DNA of 64,000 nt, taken from assembly GCA_046563655.1 (NCBI GenBank), contig CM102284.1, forward strand, positions 9,176,001 through 9,240,000, in the 5' to 3' direction. The notes beneath the pieces are model-generated. The model saw only the letters and a list, made by a program, of their open reading frames with translations. It did no database searches and was not told where the DNA came from. This document shows positions 39,476-49,300 of this stretch, piece by piece. The translations under genes and the position numbers were made by a program. The stretch is from Yuukianura sp. NJ FZ-2021. Lineage: Eukaryota. How positions within the stretch are numbered: the first letter of the stretch is position 1; the number at the start of each line of letters is the position of its first letter.

Positions 39476-40272
39476 TAATGTTCGTCTAAAAACGCAAGAC
39501 CCTTTATTTATTTTCACAATTTAATATTTTTGAGTTTTTCGGGGCGGGTTGGGCTGCGCTTATGCAACACCATGTATACACCAGCGACTGATTGGGTTAT
39601 TCAGGAACTTACTATCACCGAACGTCGTCATTTGTCAAAATTCATCTTCGTTTCTTTGTCACCTTTTTCTGTTACCGTTTTCTGGTCCATTCTTTTCATT
39701 TTAGTTAATTAATTCGACTTTTAGCTGTGTTAATTACTAAAATGCCTAAAGCGAAGAGCAAAGAGGAGAAAGCATTGACCGACTTGCATAACAATTATGT
39801 ATTAAAGACAACTTAGATAAAGTTGGCATGCAACAAAGTAAAATATTTCAGAAGTGAAATTTTCACTGAAATGAAGCGCAAACAAAATGCAATGCAAAAT
39901 CACACCAAGTGCAAGAAACGATAACAATTTTTGCACCTTTTTTGCAGTTTTGTGCAGTATTTTTACTTTTTTATTGTGAAATAAAATGAAAAGTTTTTTT
40001 TATTCCATTTTATTTTATTGCACTTTATTGCATTAATTGCATTTATTTCACTTTCTTGCAATTTTTTTCACCTGCAATGGAAAAAAAAACAAGCGTAGTG
40101 CAAAACTTCCAACTTTGAGTCCGATATTAGTTTTGATGAAGATTCGGATGATTAGTGGTTACAAATGATATGTCGCACGTTGTATTCAACCTTGCGGTAA
40201 CGTATGGCAACAAATCCAAAATCAGCGAAAATTTGCGTAAACAAAGGGTCTTGCGTTTTTAGACGAACATTA
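39476..40272. mobile_element. Non-autonomous TIR DNA transposon (~800 bp)
   Basis: 35-bp terminal inverted repeats (39476-39510 and 40238-40272) TAATGTTCGTCTAAAAACGCAAGACCCTTT[A/G]TTTA with 1 mismatch. TSD is either TA or the imperfect 5-bp ACTAC/ACTAT. Confidence 0.85.
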
Positions 40273-43200
40273 ACTATACTGACTCAATTGTCGCTTAAAC
40301 TTGCAAATACAATAGAAAGGGTAACGAACGCTCACAACAACTAAATTCAAAAAATAAAAAAATCAAAAAACAACGCTAAAAAACTAAGAAAAGAAAAGCA
40401 ATGGCAAAAAAGCATCGCAACTTGTGAGACGCTGTTCGAAATTTTTGGTTTTCAAATTGTCAAAAAAAAAATCTCCCGTTCCAAACTCCCACAAATCACA
40501 AATTTTCAAATTTAGCCACAAATTCTTTTAGTGAAAGGTCATATCCAAATCCAAAGTTTAATGGAATTTGCTCACATTGGAACTCCGAATTCTTGAACCT
40601 CAAAAATTGCAGGAATGATTACGTCCATTTTTTTTTTGCAAAATGCAAAACTTCTCCTACTCAATCTTTCATTCTCCTCCTCTTTATTCAGACAGTGGTT
40701 TTTTGGGATACAAAAGTAGCACGCACAGAATTTCGTATCCTTATCCTCCCACCTTCAGATGCAAAAGACTCTACGTCTCTCATTGTCATGCATTCTCAGC
40801 CTATAACAGTAACAAACGGACCAAAAAACTTAAATCATCTTTCAAAATTACAATTTTTAAAACCCTGCCATAGGAAATTTCAGTTTAGATTTGAAATTGG
40901 ACGACTTGAAAAAACATCCCGCTCATACTTCTGCATTCAGCGTGTTTCTAAAACCATGGAGCCCTCAATTTCAAAATCTTCCTTCAAAAACTTTTTTGAA
41001 AACTTTGAAACCTTTAACCCACTCGTGCAGCATCACTTCTTATTTCAGAGCACACAAAAGGCGAACAGACGCAAAAGGTCCTTGAATTTGAGGTTTCAGT
41101 CTAAATTTGACTGAAAAATGCCTCCAGCCAAATAAAAAAAAATCTCTTCCCAAAAATGTTTTGGGAAGCTCAACGTTGAATTAGATCTTCAACGCTCAAC
41201 ATTTTTTGAAGCAGTTGGAACCTGACCAACAAAAACTAAAGTCAACGCGTAGCCAGCACATGAACAAAAAAAAAGTTTCGAAAAGCGAAGTAAATACACA
41301 AAAAAAAAAGTTTTGAAAAGTGGTAAGTAATAGCTTATCACTCCCAAAATGGAAAAAAAAAGTTTTCACTAAAAACCGCAGAATTCCGAAGCCGGGCAAA
41401 GCAAAAGCTCCCATTTTGTGAAATTTTGAAATCAAGTATGGTTTATGGTTTTTCTAAAATTGTGAAAAGGGGCTGCTAAAAGCCTTGAAGGATCGGTCGG
41501 AGGTTTTAATTTAGGAAAACGGTTCACAAAATTTCAAAAAAAAAAAAGTTTTTCGTAAGTAAAAAGAGCGCATGAGAAGTTTTTCATCCACCATTCTACA
41601 CGGCATAAAAAAAACTGAAAATCCATTTCCTTCCAAAGTACAAAAAAAATCCTCCTCCCTCCATCATCCTGTAAAGAATGCCACCCAAAATCCAATTGTT
41701 TCAAAAGGTGTCACGGACTAAAGTTATTGCAAAACAAAGATTTACTTTTTCAGCACAAAATCTGAAAATCTACAAGAAAGGAAGCGTCAGTGTCACCAAA
41801 AACAAAAAAACGTCAAAATATAAAAAAAAGCTAAAGCATCAAACAATTCGAACTAAACAGATCAAAACAAATCAAACGAAACTAACAAAACTTGCCATCC
41901 AGCGGACAACTTGTGCAAAAACTGTCCAGCAGAATGATTCTCAAAACTAAGAATTCTCACATACAAAAACCGAAAAACCCGAATTCGGGTTTACGATTTA
42001 TCGAACTATCGGAAACAACTAGACAGTGGGTTGATTTGCTCCGAGTTTTGCTTTTCAACATACACTTCGAAACATCGGTTTTCAAAAGAAAGCCAAGAAA
42101 TGCAGACATTTCAGCCAAAAATCAAGTTGTACGCAAAGAAGAAGTTAATAAGGTTTATTACTAAAAAAGCAAAGCGAGATTTAAACAGAAAGCATTTTGC
42201 ATTACAAAATAAATAGTATGTTGACGTACCTTGTTGTTGTTGATGAATCAGCCAACCATTGATTAGGATTTTACTTGCTAAGTCCAAGGGATTAACAAAA
42301 ACGGAAATCTTCTCACTAAAAAACGAAAAGAAAATGAAAAAAATGGAATTGAACACTTCGGTAGTAGAGATTTGAAACATGAGAAACTTCCGTTGTTCCT
42401 GATTTAAAACTTAGTTTTCAAGATGAGTTCTTTTGAAATGGCGGATTGTCATTACCACTACAAAACTGCTCCAGAACAAGGCCAACTTTTGAGTTTAACG
42501 TTTAAAGTTGATGTCAGTTCTAATCAGTCTGTCGCTGCTTGGGAATTGCGAAATAATTCTAAGTGTTCGTGAATGAGATGATGATGACGAGGAGGTTTCG
42601 GACCACTGAGGAACCAAAATGGATGACGGACGACTAACTGTATGCGTGAGGACGAAGATGTTGAGTTAGATAACACACACGCCTGTATAAGGAATGTGTA
42701 GGTCACTCAAAACTGTCACAAATCTAAGGTTGATTGTTGATTAATCGTCACAGGTTACTTGATTTTTAACACCAACTATCAATTGTCTCCGGATTTGGTT
42801 TCTCCAGTTCTTGCCGCGAGCCGCGGTGATACTTCGATACTTGCCATTCATTTGAAACTTGTTGAAAAACGACGAACTACGAACTAGCGTCAATTTGAGG
42901 TCTGTCTGTCATTCATAATCACAACGATTACAGAACTTCCAGAAGATGCTGATGCTGCCGCAGTGTGAGGTTGAGGTTGTGAATCTCCAATTCAGACGCG
43001 CAGATACAAAAATCCGGTAGGATCACTGAACGCTCCTCTTTTATTCTCCTGTGAATAACAAATAACGAGATATTTCCCAATAATTAGCTCAATAAATTTG
43101 AAGGGATTGTCAAATGCAATTGTGAACAACTGTTATTTGATGCATGCAGAAGATCGTTAATAACCATTACCCGTGTCGTCGTCCTCTGTGCCTTTTCTGT

Positions 43201-44168
43201 AAGAATCTCCCGAATCCGGGTAGTTGCGGACTCAAACTTCCCAGCCCAAAGTTCGACTCCAATCGATGCGCAGAGGAAAGACAAAATATAGTTTTAGACC
43301 TCTGTGAGGAGCCGAAGCGGGCGACGGCACTTTCCTTGTTCAGTAAGCGTGACTTTGACTTGGTGTGTAGGTGAATGTCCTTTAGCAAAGAGAGGTGGTT
43401 GTGAAAATTCTGTGTTCAAAGTACTTAAATAGTTGGAGATACTTTGACCCTTTGTGACCTGCGGACGAAACGTATGGAGGGACCCTTATCAGGGCTGGTT
43501 ACTTGACATGACCACGTCACTTAGCTCGTCAAATACTGACTTGTGAGAGCTGGCTCAGATGATAAACAGAAGAGGTGTGAAGATTAACGACACTTTCCAA
43601 AATCAGCTGATATGACACAACAACCTCACTCACCAAAGGCTACTGCCCGACTGAAGTGAAGAAATCATCTTCACTTTGCAAAATGATAAAAAAAAGGAAA
43701 ATGCAAGGGGGAGAGACAAAAAAAAATAACAAAGAACTTGTCATATTTTTCTTGTTTGGACTATGTGTTAGTACTGTGCAAAATATAGGACAAGTAAAAC
43801 GCAAAAAATTCGAATCTGTAAATGACAAATCCACAAACACTTGGTCACTCAAACGGTTACTTACATTACCCTTTCACCCGCTTGAAGTCACCGCACCGTT
43901 GCCATCTTTTTCTTATTTATTGCAAAAAATATCATTTAATTTCTGTTTTTTAGTTAATTTGACTTTAATTGCCATACTTTAGTTAATTCTACTTTAATTG
44001 CCATACTTTAGTTACTTTTACTTTAATTTGCTTTAATTCACACACCTAAAATACCTAGCCAAAAAAAACTAAAGATTTGTAGATAGTATGTATCTCACTG
44101 TTTTCTACTTTGTATTCTGTATGTAATATCATCAATTCAATTTTCCCTTAATGATACACCATTATCTC

Positions 44169-45439
44169 CAGAGGCCGGCAAAGAAAGATAGATCTTTTTT
44201 AAAACTTTCCTGTTTTTAAAAACTCTTAAAAACCTTAAAATCTTATAAATTCTTTTTTGCAATAAAAATTTTTTGGAACCTTTTGGAAACTTTTTCATGC
44301 CAATTCAACGAAAACCCCAATTTTCTTAACTAAAATCAAAATTTTCCTTTAATATGTGTGTGTTTAGCTTATTATTTATCTTAAAATTTGGAATTTAGTT
44401 GATTAGAAAGAGTGATTTTCCTGCTAAACTTTTAACTTTTTGGAATTTGGAATTTAGTTGATTAGAAAGAGTGATTTTCCTACTAAACTTTTAACTTTTT
44501 GGAATTTGGAATTTAGTTGATTAGAAAGAGTGATTTTCCTACTAAACTTTTAACTTTTTGGAATTTGGAATTTAGTTGATTAGAAAGAGTGATTTTCCTA
44601 CTAAACTTTTAACTTTTTGGAATTTGGAATTTAGTTGATTAGAAAGAGTGATTTTCCTACTTTAACTTTTTGGAATTTGGAATTTAGTTGATTAGAAAGA
44701 GTGATTTTCCTACTAAACTTTTAACTTTTTGGAATTTGGAATTTAGTTGATTAGAAAGAGTGATTTTCCTACTAAACTTTTAACTTTTTGGAATTTGGAA
44801 TTTAGTTGATTAGAAAGAGTGATTTTCCTACTAAACTTTTAACTTTTTGGAATTTGAAATTTAGTTGATTAGAAAGAGTGATTTTCCTACTAAACTTTTA
44901 ACTTTTTGGAATTTGAAATTTAGTTGATTAGAAAGAGTGATTTTCCTACTAAACTTTTAACTTTTTGGAATTTGAAATTTAGTTGATTAGAAAGAGTGAT
45001 TTTCCTACTAAACTTTTAACTTTTTGGAATTTGAAATTTAGTTGATTAGAAAGAGTGATTTTCCTACTAAACTTTTAACTTTTTGGAATTTGAAATTTAG
45101 TTGATTAGAGAGAGTGATTTTCCTACTAAACTTTTAACTTTTTGGAATTTGAAATTTTATGTACTTGCCACTGAAATGTGGCCACCCATTGTAGCTACAA
45201 AATACGGCTAGAGTGACTACACTGTGCAGCTACAATAACGGTCGTTAATCCTTACCTTGACCTACTAACTGACGGCTAATTTAAGTACTCTTTTTGAGCT
45301 TACTTTATTTACCAAAAGAGGTTAAATAAGGCTTATTTTGACTTTTAAGAGAATTTTTTTTGAGCTTTTTTGAACCATTCTTAAGAAATTATTAAGATCT
45401 TAAAACAACATTTTTTGGATCTTTCTTATCCGGCCTATG
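44169..45439. mobile_element. Non-autonomous TIR element with a 5-bp TSD and an internal satellite
   Basis: Left end CAGAGGCCGGCAAAGAAAGAT; right end reverse-complemented CATAGGCCGGATAAGAAAGAT. Flanked by ATCTC at both 44164-44168 and 45440-45444. Confidence 0.8.
44384..45158. repeat. 59-bp tandem repeat, ~13 copies
   Basis: Unit GGAATTTG[G/A]AATTTAGTTGATTAGAAAGAGTGATTTTCCTACTAAACTTTTAACTTTTT. One copy carries a short deletion. Confidence 0.95.
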
Positions 45440-46356
45440 ATCTCATAACTATTGCTCTAAATGAAATGTAGTACGTTATCCAAATTGGGTTAGACTAACT
45501 AGTATGTTTTGCTTGATTTGATTATTAACGGCAATAAAGATTATGATTATTTTCTCCAAACCTTAGGATGTTTACATTTCAGCGATAATTGTAATAAAAT
45601 GTAAGCAGAATTAGGCAACACCGCAAAGACTGTGGAAGGTAGTGAAGCTGAAGTAGCTTGTTGTCAGACCCAGAGCAATACCCGGCTAACAGTTAAATTA
45701 TTTTGTGAATAACTGAGACTTGCTTGCAATAACGTTAGAAAAGACGTTGCTTCATTAACAGTTTTTATTAATTAATTGATTCATATAAGTATTTGATACA
45801 AATGTTAATTAAAGATAATTATTCCATATGTGTAAAAAATTGTTCTAGTAGAAAGATTTGTATGGTTTCAGTGGATGTTGATCTCAATTTTTACAGAGAC
45901 GAAGCGCGGGAAACTTGTTTTGTTTCAAAATATTTGAATTTCAAAACCAGAGTGACTCGAAAGAAAACCTGCGAACAAGACGAGAGAGGCCGAAAATTGC
46001 ATTGTCATTCATTTCGTAGCATTGGAATTTGGTTGTTCACCGTATTCACTGATTGACATTCTCATCTTCTCTGGCGTGATTTTTTGGTAAGTGGACTGAT
46101 AAAGGTCAAGTCCGGGTCAACACACCATCACTTCAGAAGCTCTTGTAACAAACTGTAAAACTTTCATACACAGATAACCTGTGACAGGTTCATGGTGTTG
46201 GGGTAGAAAAGGATGAAGCTATAACTGTACTAAACTCAGACTCAATGAAACTAAATCGTTAAAATCATACTATTTTGATTTTTAGAAGTGCGAACGCGTT
46301 AAAGGAAGTAGCTGAAACGGAAGGATAAACGTTTATTTCACCGGACGTAACCTGTC

Positions 46357-49300
46357 ATGACTGCGGTTCTTACATCAGCTGGTAAGTAATCGTTGTCTCT
46401 TTTGTAATCGTTGTCAAAAGCCGAGAAAGAGTAGTGCCACCATGAAGTGCATGTCATGTTTCGAATCAGAGTGTTAGTATTAAGTTTAGTTGTAGGATAT
46501 ACAGAGGGAACTGGAATGAATAACGTATTAGGTAGAACGAGTTTCAGAAATCAATCCAATACAACTTGTATTACAAGTGTAAAAAAAGGTACCAGGAAAG
46601 GAACATGTCGGTTTCATTATCCCATCATCCTTAAGTTGGTGTCAGTAGATGAATGTACTGGAAGCGTTGTTTAGTTGCTAAGACTTGAAAGGTGACTGTT
46701 TTCACTGATCGCGTTCTCTGTTATGTTGTAGGTTCCTTGTAAATACGAGCAGTCGAGGCGACAGTACTATCAAGTCACTATAAGTAGCTTCCACCGTCAT
46801 TCATCTACTGAACCTTCCATTTCTTGTCCCTTCGTACTTAACACTACAGTATGGGCGGAGCAAATACGAAGTTGGACGATGATCTCTGGGCAGGGTCTGG
46901 AGCCATGTCACGTTACAAGTCAGACTCAGACTCAGTTCCTCCAAAGAAGCCAAGTTCAGTTCCACCAAACAAAGGAGAAATCCGACCAAGCGAAAAGCCT
47001 TCTACAGATGATAGCAATGACCCCGATGGGGAAATTGCTGACCGGGATCCATATGATCCTAAAACTGCCGGTCCTATTTTTCCTAACGGAGAAATCAATT
47101 GGGACTGTCCATGTTTGGGAGGTGCTGCTCATGGGCCTTGTGGTACTGAATTTCGAGATGCCTTCTCATGCTTCCATCACAGGTCATTTTTCATAAAAAT
47201 TGTAAAGTTAAAAGCCATCAATAGTGAAACGTCTTTCCAAAACATCTGATGTGTGTATACAGCAAAGAGGAAATCAAGGGAAGCGACTGTTTTCCCCACT
47301 TTCGGGAAATGAGCTCCTGTTTCGCCCAATATCCAGAACTTTATGGAGCTAAGGAAGTTGACGACGATGACGAGGATGATGGAGACGACGACGGAGAGAA
47401 GACGAAGAAAGATGAAGTTGAATTTGATCAAGAGGAACTTGATCTTATAAACGAAGAAGATGGTTCCGGTGACCGAAGGAAGGAAACGAAGGTCAAGAAA
47501 GACGATGATGAAAACAAAGAGAAGGCCAAGGCTGCTGAGGAAGTTCACGGCGAACCCAAAAAATCTAGAAAGTCAACTGGAGATGTGAAGCAGAAGAATT
47601 CTCTTCCCCTTCCAGGGACACAAGCTGTCCTGTGAGTTGTCAGTTACACTCCCGGAACAATGGAATGACTGCATTTGTGTAGCAATAGTTCAAGAGAGAT
47701 AGTAGACTTCATTTTGGTATAAAATTCTGTTGTTTGTTCCTAAGTTCCATTTATAAGGTAACGCACACGTACCTTTACAATGTCCAGGTTCTACCAGTAC
47801 TTAAGTAGAAGTGAATGCAGGAATAAAATACTCAGAATTTAAAAAAAATCCTTTTTTTTAGTTGTACTCTGTACTATTTGAAAAAGGGAACATGACATGC
47901 GTTTCATGGTGGGAGTTGAGCATTGAGGTACCTACTAAGAAATGTTTTACAATTTACGTAAATTTTACGTGAATTTACGTTTTTACGACTCACAATTTTT
48001 GAATTTTTGTTTTACAGCTGGGATTATTTCCCTCCTGGATGAAAACCAGCACAATGTCAAGGCTTTTGCTCTCACCAAGCTCAATGGAATCGTTAACGAG
48101 TTTTGGCCAGAAATCGCTGATGTTATTAGCAAAATGTAAGCTAATTAGTTAATCATCGGATTGTTTATGATTGATTAGAATAATTTTGATTTTGTTTTTA
48201 GTGAAATGATCTTTGAAGATCCGAGTTTCCCAGATCACAATCGTCAACTTGCAGCACTTTTAGCAAGTAAAGTTTACTACCACCTTGGAGAGTTTCCTGA
48301 TTCTCTGCAATATGCTCTTGGAGCTGGACCACTGTTTGACTTGGCACAAAGAAACGAGTATGTGGAGACAATACTTGCCAAATGTCTGGACACTTACATC
48401 AAAAGTTGCATCGCAGCTTGGCCAAACACTCCAACAGCTGAGCAAGTTGATCCTCGTCTCAAGAGCATTGTGGATCGAATGTTTGACCAGTGCTTGCAAG
48501 ACAAACAGTTCAAACAAGGATTAGGAATTGCTCTTGAAACACGTCGGATGGACATGTAAGCAGCAGTCACGAGCTGAATCATAAACAGTTTTCAATTTCG
48601 AACTTTGAAGTTCAAAATTTTGGAATTTTGAAGTCTAAAAATTTTTGAAATGGTTCATCTTTACTTTATCTTTAGGTTTCGACGGTCCATTGGTGAAGGA
48701 GAACACCAAGCTGAAATGCTGTCTTATGCCTTCCGTGTTGCAATGACGCTGATTGGTCAACGGGAATTTAGAGACGAAATCTTGCGTAACCTCGTCGGAC
48801 TTTACTCTGGACTTCCAAGTCCTGACTATGTCAACATGTAAAAGCCAACAGACGATTCAATAATATGTAAAGTTTATGTTTTTAGCAAGTTTTATGAAAA
48901 ACGTTGTTCACTTTGTAGGTGTCAGTGCTTGATTTTCTTGGACAATGCAGAAGAGGCTGGAAACGTTTTGAAGAAGCTGTCGAGTGGAGACGAGAGTGGA
49001 AAATTGATGGCATATCAAATTGCTTTTGACTTGTACGAGAGTGCTACACAAGCATTTATTGGACGAGTACTGGCCCATCTCAGAATCATTGCAGCTCCTT
49101 TCGTCCAGTCTTCTACGCCGGGATCTGAAAATGGTGCAGAAGCTCCAAGAAATGGCGAAGAATCTCAAGATCAAGAGATGAGAGAGGAGTTGGTAGAGGC
49201 GAGACCATCCAGAAGCGATACGCAAGTCACTGATGAAGGAAAGAAACACTATGAACAATTGTTCCAAATTCTGAGTGGAGAGGTGAGAATTATAAAACAT

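Noticed and set aside
47942-48017. ATG at 47942 as the Rpn2 start
   Set aside because: The sequence is intron-like and ends in a clear acceptor at 48017. The exon at 46357-46381 supplies the conserved TSA-A residues.
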